From assembly GCA_050010755.1 (NCBI GenBank), contig JBEKKK010000001.1, positions 992,001 through 1,056,000 on the forward strand: a stretch of DNA of 64,000 nucleotides, given 5' to 3'. Each line of letters starts with the position of its first letter. Position 1 is the stretch's first letter. Source of the DNA: Candidatus Bathyarchaeia archaeon (GTDB lineage Archaea; Thermoproteota; Bathyarchaeia; Bathyarchaeales; Bathycorpusculaceae). Under the pieces are notes generated by a model. It had not been told where the DNA came from, did not search any database, and worked only from the letters and a program-made list of their open reading frames with translations. Positions 48,113 to 57,221 of this stretch are shown here, in pieces. Made by a program: the position numbers and the translations under genes.

Positions 48113-48346
48113 TCTACCCAGCGCGCATTATCTAATGTTTCAAAATTCCTTTGCAAAACATAGTTCAGCACGGACGTGTATTTCGAATTTTGACCATTGG
48201 CCGGAGGAGGGTTCTAGTGTGCGTCAACGGCCCCTCCCCCCGGTCTACGATATGATCCAAATATGAATCCAAACACGACTTGCGACAAGGCTGCTCATCA
48301 AGTTTTTATATGGTTTCTTGTACCGTAGGCTGAGAGGTCCAACTCG

Positions 48347-49609
48347 TTGACTGGTTTCAGCGTTCTGAGAAAGATTCTGAGGAATTGGCGAGAGAGATTC
48401 TATCTCCCAGGCAACGCGTGGGTACTTTCCCTAAGCGCCCTTGTATGGAATATTGGAGGCGCGATGATCAACCCGTACCAGTCTGTCTATTTCTCAGGGT
48501 TGGGAGCAGATTCACTATTCATAGGTCTTCTCTTAGGAGTAAACTCGGCGGTCACAGCTTTGGTCCAATTGGTCGGCGGGTATGTTTGCGATGCTTGGGG
48601 CAGAAGAAAAGTGATTGTCATCTTCAGTTTTTTGAGCGCTGTCACCGCCTTCATCTTCATCTTTGTGTCCGGGCCAGCGCTTCTGATGATTCCCATAGTA
48701 ATCGGGGCGATTTCGGGCATTTATGGTCCCGCTTTCAACGCGACTTTGACCGATTCGATGGAGCCGGAGTTAAGAGCACGGGGTTTGGTTTCCTTCACGC
48801 TCGTCACTTCGCTGCCCTCCATTATCTTTCCGTACGTTGGAGGAACACTGATGCAGATTCTCGGAACCCTCCAAGGACTGCGAGTAGCATTTTTCTTCAG
48901 CGGACTCTTAGGCGTCATCGGAGTATCATACAGAGCTCTCAGACTCAAAGAGACCTTTGTAGGAAGCGCAGCTAAGGAAAAAAAGCCTATTCGGCGTATT
49001 GTTTCGGATTTCTTCGCCGATAATCTGTTTGCTCTACGGAACGCCACGGACGGAGCGAAGAAACTCTTGATCTACGCCGCCTTGGCAAGTGCGGGAACAG
49101 CCATGACCGTGCCCTACACTTCGATATATCTGGTTAACGTAGCAAAACTGCCCCCAGAATTCTATGGTCTTCTAACAAATGTTGCCGGACTAATCAGCGT
49201 CTTGCTCTTGCTGCCTGCGGCGAGAATACTCGAAAGGGTGGGTTTGAGGAAAAGTGCCATTTACGCGTCACTTTCAATTCCTGTGAACCAGCTAGTATTC
49301 GTCAGGGCCAAAGGAGCAGACGACTTTGTAACATGGACCGCAATAGGCGGTGCGAGCGGCGCTCTACTGGGCCCGTCGCTGACGGCGCTTCAAGCGAATT
49401 TTTCGTCGCAGGAGATGCGAGGGAGAATAATGGCCATGTTCAGTGTGTTTTCGCTGATCACTGCCGTCCCAGCGCAGATAGTCGGAGGTTACCTTTTCCA
49501 AACTCTTGGTCCACTTTCTCCATTCATCGCTTCAACACCAATCTTTGCGTTGGCGACGTTGATACTCATTCGAATAAGGGAGCCAGAACCGCGCCCAATC
49601 GAAAAATGA
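48347..49609 (+). CDS. MFS transporter
   Basis: About 12 TM segments; motif A GGYVCDAWGRRK. Confidence 0.93.
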   Translation: MTGFSVLRKILRNWRERFYLPGNAWVLSLSALVWNIGGAMINPYQSVYFSGLGADSLFIGLLLGVNSAVTALVQLVGGYVCDAWGRRKVIVIFSFLSAVTAFIFIFVSGPALLMIPIVIGAISGIYGPAFNATLTDSMEPELRARGLVSFTLVTSLPSIIFPYVGGTLMQILGTLQGLRVAFFFSGLLGVIGVSYRALRLKETFVGSAAKEKKPIRRIVSDFFADNLFALRNATDGAKKLLIYAALASAGTAMTVPYTSIYLVNVAKLPPEFYGLLTNVAGLISVLLLLPAARILERVGLRKSAIYASLSIPVNQLVFVRAKGADDFVTWTAIGGASGALLGPSLTALQANFSSQEMRGRIMAMFSVFSLITAVPAQIVGGYLFQTLGPLSPFIASTPIFALATLILIRIREPEPRPIEK

Positions 49610-49643
49610 TGAGAAGCACTAGGGGCAAGATTAGCCATGTGCC

Positions 49644-50225
49644 TCAAGATGTCAACCGCTCGATTTGATCGTGCCGGAAGCAGTTGACTAGATGATCGTT
49701 CACCATGCCCACGGCCTGCATGAAGGCATAGCAGATTGTAGGGCCGACGAACTTGAATCCCCTTTTCTTCAGCTCTTTGCTCATCGCTCTCGACTCCTCG
49801 GACTCTGCTGGCATATTTGAGAAATTCTTGAGCGCGTGGTTGATCGTTTTTCTCCGAACAAACTTCCAGATGAGCGCGTCGAATGAACCGAATTCTTTCT
49901 TAACTTCTCTGAATCGTCCTGCATTGTTTATGGTCGCCAGAATCTTCGCCCTGTTCCGAATCACGCCTGGATCTTTCATCAGACGCTCCACGTCTTCATC
50001 CGTGTATCGGGCTATCTTGTCCGGGTTGAAATTGTCGAAGGCTTTTCTCAGAGTAGTTCTTCTCTTCAGTATGAGTTCCCACGTTAACCCTGCTTGGAAT
50101 CCTTCAAGCGTCAAAAACTCGAACAGTGTCCTATTATCATGAACCGGAGTTCCCCACTCCTCATCATGGTACCTAACGTAAAGCGGGTTATCCGTGTCCC
50201 AGCATCTAATCACCCTTTTTTCCAT
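49644..50225 (-). CDS. tag: DNA-3-methyladenine glycosylase I
   Basis: YHDEEWG, LEGFQAGLTW, IRNRAKI, FKFVGPTI, NDHL..C. Confidence 0.96.
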   Translation of the reverse strand: MEKRVIRCWDTDNPLYVRYHDEEWGTPVHDNRTLFEFLTLEGFQAGLTWELILKRRTTLRKAFDNFNPDKIARYTDEDVERLMKDPGVIRNRAKILATINNAGRFREVKKEFGSFDALIWKFVRRKTINHALKNFSNMPAESEESRAMSKELKKRGFKFVGPTICYAFMQAVGMVNDHLVNCFRHDQIERLTS

Positions 50226-50291
50226 GGTCAACAACCCCTAGGCTCGAAATTTAAATCAGCGCATTCTTTTATTCCAAATCTGAGCCGTTTC

Positions 50292-50624
50292 TCACAGCCA
50301 TCCATGCTGGATAGTTGCGGGTGCTGGAGAATGCTTCTTCTTTTTTTCATCCTTCTTCCCTTTAAACTTGTGGATTTTAACGGAGCTCCCTTCAAGCGAA
50401 ACCCAATACCTGTTGTTTAGATGCTGATGGTAAATGAACTTGTTCACCAGCCCCTTCAATTCTTCTGCGGAGATTTTCTCAGAATCCACCAAAAAATTAT
50501 GATCATCAGAAGCAATCTCTCCATTGAGGCTCCTGCGCAGAAAATTCGAAAGCGGGTCCTTCCCGCCCTCCAACTCGCCAAAATCCACTTTCAACTTCTT
50601 CCGACCAGAGAACAAGCAGCTCAC
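50292..50624 (-). CDS. Ribosomal protein eL22-like protein
   Basis: LKVD...DP..NFL...V.SE.IS...LK.LV.KF.....L pattern recalls eL22. Confidence 0.5.
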   Translation of the reverse strand: MSCLFSGRKKLKVDFGELEGGKDPLSNFLRRSLNGEIASDDHNFLVDSEKISAEELKGLVNKFIYHQHLNNRYWVSLEGSSVKIHKFKGKKDEKKKKHSPAPATIQHGWL

Positions 50625-50864
50625 TCTCCACAGTGGTGACAGTTAACTCTCCAAGAATGTATATGCTTTTTCTCTAAAGGATGCATGCGAGTTCCCAAAA
50701 TGGCCAAGAATGGCCATGATTCCAATCTCCGTGCTTGAGAAAACGGCTGCTCAAAGAGACAAAGCGCGCGGAGCGATTTGACCTATGATGCAGAATATAG
50801 GAAACGTGGAACATTACAGATCGAAAAAGTGCGACCGAGTTTCCAAACCTGATGAATTTAATGT

Positions 50865-51179
50865 CTAGATAGATTCATGTTCGCCCAGGGTGTGATGCCC
50901 CACATCTAAGCCTTCTTTCTCACAAAATTCCAGGATTTTTGACACGGCTCTCATGTCAATTTCTTTTATCTTTTCTTCCTCGGGTCCAACCACTTCGACT
51001 ATTAGGCCCAGTCCTCCAACTCCACAACACGAGTAGACATTCTTGTAGATTCTCACATCATATTCTGATGGGAGCTTCATTCCTTTGACAGCTTCTTTCA
51101 CCTTGTCGATCAAGAAATCGACTTGGCTCGGCTGTGTTGCTTTGATGAAGTGAACCTCCCTGCAGCCCATCTTGGGCAT
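50865..51179 (-). CDS. Hypothetical protein with SCCG motif
   Basis: Abuts the Lrp gene; YSCCG. Confidence 0.7.
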   Translation of the reverse strand: MPKMGCREVHFIKATQPSQVDFLIDKVKEAVKGMKLPSEYDVRIYKNVYSCCGVGGLGLIVEVVGPEEEKIKEIDMRAVSKILEFCEKEGLDVGHHTLGEHESI

Positions 51180-51416
51180 CTAGATCCCCTTGAAAGCTAT
51201 CAAGGTTGCAGTCTCCTTTATCCCGGGGATTCTGCGGATTTGCTCAAAGATGAACTTGTCAAGCTCCTCCATCTTTTCAAAAGAAACTTCAACATGCAAG
51301 TCATACAAACCGTAAGTCGGAATGGCTTGCTTAACTCCTGCTATTTTCTTGACCTCTTTCAGGACATGTTGATCTTGTCCTGCTTCGACTTTTGCCAGCA
51401 CATATGCGATCGTCAA
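51180..51416 (-). CDS. Stand-alone Lrp/AsnC ligand-binding domain protein
   Basis: AYVLAKV...YGLYDL...IRRIPGIKETATLI. Confidence 0.9.
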   Translation of the reverse strand: MTIAYVLAKVEAGQDQHVLKEVKKIAGVKQAIPTYGLYDLHVEVSFEKMEELDKFIFEQIRRIPGIKETATLIAFKGI

Positions 51417-51542
51417 GTTCCAAACCCCTTTTCTACACTTTACGTTTCTGGTTAATCAACTTTTCTGGTATGAAACCATAATGAACCAGAAGTCTCATTG
51501 GTCAGCAAGATTCAGGATGAATTTCCTTTCTTCAACGCGTTC

Positions 51543-52106
51543 TTAGAGCAATTCTCCTTTGTAATGAACAGTGGCAGGACAGCCCAGGCACCTGTCACTT
51601 GCGTACAAAGTGCAACTCCCACAATCTGCACTGCAGGGCGTGGTTTTTTGCTTGTCAACACTAGGTCTTATCTGTATCACGAAAGGCCGAACAGGCGTAA
51701 CTATCAGGTCGAGTTCCGTATCCTTCACGAGAGGATTCTGCCTCAGGTGTGAGTCCACACAAGACATTATGGATCTGATGTTTTCGCCTACGAGCATAAC
51801 GGTTAAGTTGTTTTTTCCAGAAGTCAAGAAACTGTTAAGATAAATTGGGCATCCTTCAAGGGACTTCAGAAATTGTTCAACGTGGTTCGTTGCAACGTCA
51901 AGATTGGCGAGAAAGAGCTGAGCTTTCTTAACGTCAGTTCCTACTATGTGAGCCAATGCTCCTCTTTCCTCAAGCTTGCGTATTCTCGAACTCACTGCAG
52001 GTTGTGAAACCTTCAACTGTTTCGCAAGTTCGACTTGAGAAACCTCAGGATTCTGAGACAGCAAGGACATAATCTTCCTGTCTGTATTATCCAGCTTGCC
52101 CGTCAA
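51543..52106 (-). CDS. Lrp/AsnC regulator with Cys-rich C-terminal tail
   Basis: LD..DRKI...SQ.ELA..L.VSQPAV..RI..L HTH; C-terminal PCSADCGSC...RCLGCP. Confidence 0.88.
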   Translation of the reverse strand: MTGKLDNTDRKIMSLLSQNPEVSQVELAKQLKVSQPAVSSRIRKLEERGALAHIVGTDVKKAQLFLANLDVATNHVEQFLKSLEGCPIYLNSFLTSGKNNLTVMLVGENIRSIMSCVDSHLRQNPLVKDTELDLIVTPVRPFVIQIRPSVDKQKTTPCSADCGSCTLYASDRCLGCPATVHYKGELL

Positions 52107-52281
52107 AGTCTTTTCCCTCGCAGGTCTACCAATTCAAGTCATAACGAAGTACAGTCCAATATATACGAATTGCCTCTGGAAAATAAACAGTTGGTTCAGA
52201 AGACTTTTGAAATATAATGGAAAGACTTATAGCATATTTCTACAATACTCTATGTGTAGGTTCATAAGGGGCTGTATTAAA

Positions 52282-52656
52282 ATGAACGAGAATGAGTCTT
52301 GGGAAAGCAAGTGTTGCCGTTGTGAGGGAGATACTAACTTGAATCTAACCCCGGGAAAAAGAGCTTGCCATCTCACTTGTGGTCCTTGCCTTTACCCAGA
52401 AGATTGGGGTAAATGTGCCTCATGCGAAATCGTTGGACACTGCGCGTATGCGTTGGCTCATCTGAAAAGCCTGAAGGGTAACGGCATCCAGAAGGGTTGC
52501 TTTTTTGACCAGCAGCTTACGGGAGAAGAATCAATCTATCACACGATGAACTTTGTAAACGGGCAGCAGCAAATCATGAAAACAGCTGGTGAAAAAGCGT
52601 ATCTAGAGAGTTTGAAAAAAGCAAACGCCAAGAGCACATGTCTGCAAGCACCCTGA
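52282..52656 (+). CDS. Cys-rich hypothetical protein
   Basis: ATG 52282; CCRC...CHLTCGPC...CASC...C; divergent from the Lrp gene. Confidence 0.65.
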   Translation: MNENESWESKCCRCEGDTNLNLTPGKRACHLTCGPCLYPEDWGKCASCEIVGHCAYALAHLKSLKGNGIQKGCFFDQQLTGEESIYHTMNFVNGQQQIMKTAGEKAYLESLKKANAKSTCLQAP

Positions 52657-52859
52657 CCTCACCTTTTCCGGCGTTCCGATCTTCTACGTGATTTTATTAG
52701 CAAATAGGGGTTGCGCGGGTCGTTTCGTTGAATTAACGGAGTTTCTAGGTTATTTTTTCGCGCGCGCTTTTTGGCAGCTGTAGGGCTTCGGTTGCCCAGC
52801 TCATGGAGGTGCTTCTAGAACATTCTTCTAAATATTCTGTTCAGAAGATCCATTGCCTC

Positions 52860-53249
52860 TTATTTTCTTTCGATAAGTTCTATCAGAGTTCCATCCGGAT
52901 CCTCGATAAAGGCTATGAGCGGACCCGCGGGTCCAAGCGTGTACGGTTCATCTGTAATCGTGATTTTTTCGCTTCGCAACTTTGAGATGGTTTTGTTCAT
53001 GTCCTTAATCTCAAACGCGATATGATCAAACAAGCGATTCTGATATTCTGCTTGAATAAACTTCTTCTGGTCACGATAGTGAGTCAGCTCGAGTTTGGCG
53101 CCTTTTCCCTTAGGATCCTGCAGAAAAGCTATTTCAGCGTTGGTCTGCTTTATCTCACGCCGACTCAGAAGCTTTAACCCCATCAACCGCGTGTAGAAGT
53201 CAATCGACCTGTCCATATTTGATGCCCTAATACTCGTGTGTGTGAACAT
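52860..53249 (-). CDS. VOC/glyoxalase-family protein
   Basis: HTSIR...SIDFY...LELT...HIAF...FIEDPDGTLIELIE. Confidence 0.93.
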   Translation of the reverse strand: MFTHTSIRASNMDRSIDFYTRLMGLKLLSRREIKQTNAEIAFLQDPKGKGAKLELTHYRDQKKFIQAEYQNRLFDHIAFEIKDMNKTISKLRSEKITITDEPYTLGPAGPLIAFIEDPDGTLIELIERK

Positions 53250-53472
53250 TCTCAGCAATCCTTCCACTTGTTTAATGGGCATTCTCGGAATAAAGGATTA
53301 ACCCTTCGCAAATGAGCAAAATGGGCGGCAATGTCCCTTTACCTGATATTCGCGGGGCTGAAGAGCCAAGTGTGTGCTGTGGCTTCTATTCTAGGAAGAA
53401 AAGGTTAGTATCAATACATAAACCTTTAATTTTCCCATCTCAAGACAACGAGGGTGAAAGAAGGTTGCAGCG

Positions 53473-56274
53473 TTGGTTACCTTGAATCTTGGCAAGATTT
53501 TCAACCCAAAAAGCGTCGCCGTCATAGGAGCAAGTGATGAAGAAGGCTCAGTCGGCTACGCTTTGATAAAAAATTTCACAGAATCAGGTTTTGCAGGTCA
53601 TGTTTTTCCGGTTAATCTCAAGAAAGCCGAGATCTTAGGCCTAAAGGCATACCAAAGCGTTGAACAAGTTCCTGAACCCTTAGACCTTGCCGTAATTGCC
53701 ACGCCAGCGAGAACCGTGCCCGATGTGCTCGAACAGTGTGGGAAAGTTGGGATAACGGGCATAATCATAATCTCGGCCGGCTTCAAAGAAATAGGGCCAG
53801 AAGGCAGGGCGCTTGAGGAGAAAATAACTGAGATTAAAAAGAAATATAACATGCGCATCGTCGGACCAAACTGCTTGGGCGTGATTCGCCCAATGCTGCA
53901 CTTGAACGCGACGTTCATCAGCAAGATGCCGAAGCCGGGAAACATAGCGTTCATTTCTCAAAGCGGCGCTCTAGGCTCCGCAATCCTCGACTGGGCGATG
54001 CATGAAAACATAGGCTTCAGCAACTTCATATCCTTGGGGTCGATGATAGACGTGGATTTTGGAGATCTTATAGACTATTTCGGCACCGATCCCAAGACAA
54101 AAAGCATCCTCATGTACATTGAAGGAATAACAGACGCGAGAAAGTTCATGAGTGCAGCAAGACACTTTGCCAGGACAAAACCGATAATCGTTGTTAAGGC
54201 TGGAAAATTCAGTGAAAGCGCGAAAGCCGCTGCTTCGCACACCGGTTCGCTCACCGGCGAAGACATGATTTACGACAAGGCATTCAAACGGGCGGGCATG
54301 GTTAGAGTAGAAGAAATCGCTGATCTTTTCAATTGCGCCGCAGTCCTGGGAATGCAGCCCATTCCCCGCGGTCCCAATCTTGCCATAATCACAAACGCCG
54401 GCGGCCCAGGAGTCATGGCAACCGACGCCTTGATCGCTCAAGGAGGAACACTTGCAAAGCTCAGCGATAAGACGATGGAGACGCTCAATAGTATTTTGCC
54501 TCATTTCTGGAGCAGGGGAAACCCGATTGACATCCTCGGAGACGCCAAGGCCGACAGGTACAGGGCAGTGGTTGAGGCTTGTCTAAACGACGACAATGTG
54601 GATGGAATAGTAATAATATACACAGCCCAAGCCGTGGCAGAACCAGTAGAAGTGGCCAAGAGTCTCGCAGAGCTGATTCGAGCCCGAACTTATCAAAACA
54701 AGACAATACTGACTTCGTTCATGGGCTTTGGAGCTGTGGAGGAAGCCAACCGCATATTCGTCGACAACAACATTCCAACATATTCCACACCCGAGCAGGC
54801 GATCAAGACATACCAATTCATGCACCAGTATAAGCGCAATCTTGAATTGCTCTATGAAACGCCAGAAGAACTCCCAACGGACGTTGTGCCGCCAAAACGA
54901 CCGCTTCTGACCGTTTTGAGAAACGTTGCGGCTGAAAACCGCGAGATACTCACCGAAGTCGAAGCCAAAACCTTCTTGGAATATTACAACTTTCCAGTTG
55001 TAAGAACAAGAACAGCAACGACAGAAAACGACGCTGCCCTGTTGGCTTCCCAGCTTGGCTATCCTGTCGTTTTGAAGATTCTTTCTCCTCAGATCACGCA
55101 CAAGAGCGATGCAGGCGGCGTCGCGTTGGACTTAACAAACGAAAACGAAGTGCGAGAAGCGTTCAAAGAAATAATGCAGAGAGCAAAGCAGTACAACCCA
55201 GATGCTGATATTTTGGGTGTGACCGTTCAGCCGATGATTAAGAGGCAGGGCTACGAAGTGATAATTGGAGCCAAGGCCGACCCTTTGTTCGGCCCGGTCA
55301 TACTTTTCGGGATGGGAGGAGTCGGCGTGGAACTCTTCGAGGACTTTGCCATAGGAATCCCTCCGTTGAATCAGACTCTGGTGAGAAGGATGATAGAAGA
55401 AACCAAGATTTATCAGCTTCTGAAAGGGTACAGAAATGAGCCTCCCGCTAACGTCAAGCTCCTGGAGGAGATATTGGTTCGGTTCAGCCAGATGCTCGTT
55501 GATTTTCCTCAACTGAAAGAAGTTGACATCAACCCTCTTTTTATAAACGAAAAAGAAGCGTTCGCCTTCGACGCACGCATCGTGATTGATCCAAAGAAAG
55601 TTTTCAAAAAGTTTGAGCCTCATGAACACCTCGTCGTAACCCCGTATCCAACAAAATACGAAACCTTGTGGAGGCTCCGAGACGGAAGAACTGTCATACT
55701 CAGGCCGATAAAGCCCGAGGACGAACCGTTGTGGCTGGAAATGTTCCAAAACTTCTCAGAGGAGTCAATACGCTATAGGTTCTTCCAGATACTCAAGGAT
55801 ACACCGCATGAGACCAGAGTCCGCTATTGCAACATAGACTACGACCGGGAAATAGCCATAGTCGCGGAACTGACCGAAGAAGGACGAAAGAGAATCCTCG
55901 GCGTGGCCCGAGTGAGCATAGAACCTGACGGAAAAACGGGGGAAATCGCCTTCATCGTCGCAGATCCTTGGCAGGGTCTGGGACTGGGAACGAAGCTAGT
56001 GGATTATGTGCTTGAAATCTGCGCAGACATGAAACTCGAAACAATCTACGCCATAATGCTCGCTGACAACTACAGGGCAATGGGCCTCATGAAAAAAATG
56101 GGTTTTACGGTCAAGTACATGGACGACGGAACTGTAAAAGGGACGCTGGACTTGAGAGAAGAAGAGGCCAAATGCGCAGAACCAAAAATGGCCGAAGAGA
56201 ACCGAATCCAGAACCAAACAGAAACGCAAATGGAATCTAAACAACATAGAGAAGCAGAACCTATACCAAGTTGA
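53473..56274 (+). CDS. NDP-forming acyl-CoA synthetase-like domains fused to GNAT (Pat/PatZ-type protein acetyltransferase)
   Basis: P.SVAVIGAS, GPNCLG, SQSGA, SHTG, ATP-grasp HKSDAGGV, C-terminal GNAT WQGLGLGT. Confidence 0.92.
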   Translation: MVTLNLGKIFNPKSVAVIGASDEEGSVGYALIKNFTESGFAGHVFPVNLKKAEILGLKAYQSVEQVPEPLDLAVIATPARTVPDVLEQCGKVGITGIIIISAGFKEIGPEGRALEEKITEIKKKYNMRIVGPNCLGVIRPMLHLNATFISKMPKPGNIAFISQSGALGSAILDWAMHENIGFSNFISLGSMIDVDFGDLIDYFGTDPKTKSILMYIEGITDARKFMSAARHFARTKPIIVVKAGKFSESAKAAASHTGSLTGEDMIYDKAFKRAGMVRVEEIADLFNCAAVLGMQPIPRGPNLAIITNAGGPGVMATDALIAQGGTLAKLSDKTMETLNSILPHFWSRGNPIDILGDAKADRYRAVVEACLNDDNVDGIVIIYTAQAVAEPVEVAKSLAELIRARTYQNKTILTSFMGFGAVEEANRIFVDNNIPTYSTPEQAIKTYQFMHQYKRNLELLYETPEELPTDVVPPKRPLLTVLRNVAAENREILTEVEAKTFLEYYNFPVVRTRTATTENDAALLASQLGYPVVLKILSPQITHKSDAGGVALDLTNENEVREAFKEIMQRAKQYNPDADILGVTVQPMIKRQGYEVIIGAKADPLFGPVILFGMGGVGVELFEDFAIGIPPLNQTLVRRMIEETKIYQLLKGYRNEPPANVKLLEEILVRFSQMLVDFPQLKEVDINPLFINEKEAFAFDARIVIDPKKVFKKFEPHEHLVVTPYPTKYETLWRLRDGRTVILRPIKPEDEPLWLEMFQNFSEESIRYRFFQILKDTPHETRVRYCNIDYDREIAIVAELTEEGRKRILGVARVSIEPDGKTGEIAFIVADPWQGLGLGTKLVDYVLEICADMKLETIYAIMLADNYRAMGLMKKMGFTVKYMDDGTVKGTLDLREEEAKCAEPKMAEENRIQNQTETQMESKQHREAEPIPS

Positions 56275-56502
56275 CCGACAACCCTGGTGTTTTTCCTAAA
56301 ACTCATTCTAATGTCCTTTCGATACGGGTAGAGTGTCAATCTTGGTCGGTTTTCATCGTGCTCTCGTTTAGAAGCGTCCAGTCTACCTGTTTCGATTAGC
56401 GTTCAAGTTATGTACCATTCTTTGAGGAGTCAAGGAAAAACTCTAAATAACTCAGACTTAATGCACATTTAGCTCAAAATCGAAGAAAGGGAGGGCCTGT
56501 GA

Positions 56503-57093
56503 ATGTCTGAATGGAAAACAATTAGCATCAGACAGGAACTCATAAAAGAAATCGAAAAAATCATCAAAACAGGCCGTTACCGAAGCATCTCAGAATTTGT
56601 GTCAGAAGCCGTTCGCCTGCGCCTGGAAGAACTCACACGCGTGGAAGGATTCTCAACGGGCAAGACTCAGGAAACGCATTCCGCACCTGACCATTTGTTA
56701 TACACGCCGAAACACACGTGGGCTCAAACGACGGAGGATGGAAACGTACGCGTCGGCATGTCTGACTATGCTCAGAAGCGGCTCAAGGGTCTGGCCGACG
56801 TTCGAACAGATCCTATAGGAAAAGAACTTAACAAGATGGAACCGTTCGGAGTCGCAGAAACATGGATGCTGCTATTCGACCTCTATTCGCCGATAAGCGG
56901 TCAAATAGTCAAAATCAACGAAAAACTAAGGGAAAAACCCACCGTGGTCAATGAAGACCCATACGGACGAGGGTGGATCGTGGAAATCAGACCCAATAAC
57001 TCTTTGAATTTGAAGCAGGAGCTTGACGGGCTGATGGGCGCGCGTGAATACACCAAATGGGTTGACAAACTGGAGGAAAGATCGCATGAGTAA
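56503..57093 (+). CDS. Ribbon-helix-helix domain fused to a GcvH-like domain lacking the lipoyl Lys
   Basis: WKTISIRQELI...YRSISEFVSEAVR, then YT..HTW...VG.SDYAQ...GVAETWMLLFDLYSPISG...N.DPYG.GW. Confidence 0.85.
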   Translation: MSEWKTISIRQELIKEIEKIIKTGRYRSISEFVSEAVRLRLEELTRVEGFSTGKTQETHSAPDHLLYTPKHTWAQTTEDGNVRVGMSDYAQKRLKGLADVRTDPIGKELNKMEPFGVAETWMLLFDLYSPISGQIVKINEKLREKPTVVNEDPYGRGWIVEIRPNNSLNLKQELDGLMGAREYTKWVDKLEERSHE

Positions 57094-57221
57094 ACAGGAT
57101 TGCAAGATGACATGTCGAGCCAGGGGTCTTGACATATGCTACCCTTATGCCAAGGGTGGCTTAGGTGCTTTAATAAGTTCGCTTTGGAATCATTATTTGA
57201 CGAGTGAAGCGAGGTTCGAGA

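Noticed and set aside
50699-50719. AATGGCCA tandem duplicate
   Set aside because: Only two short copies with no supporting context; likely chance.
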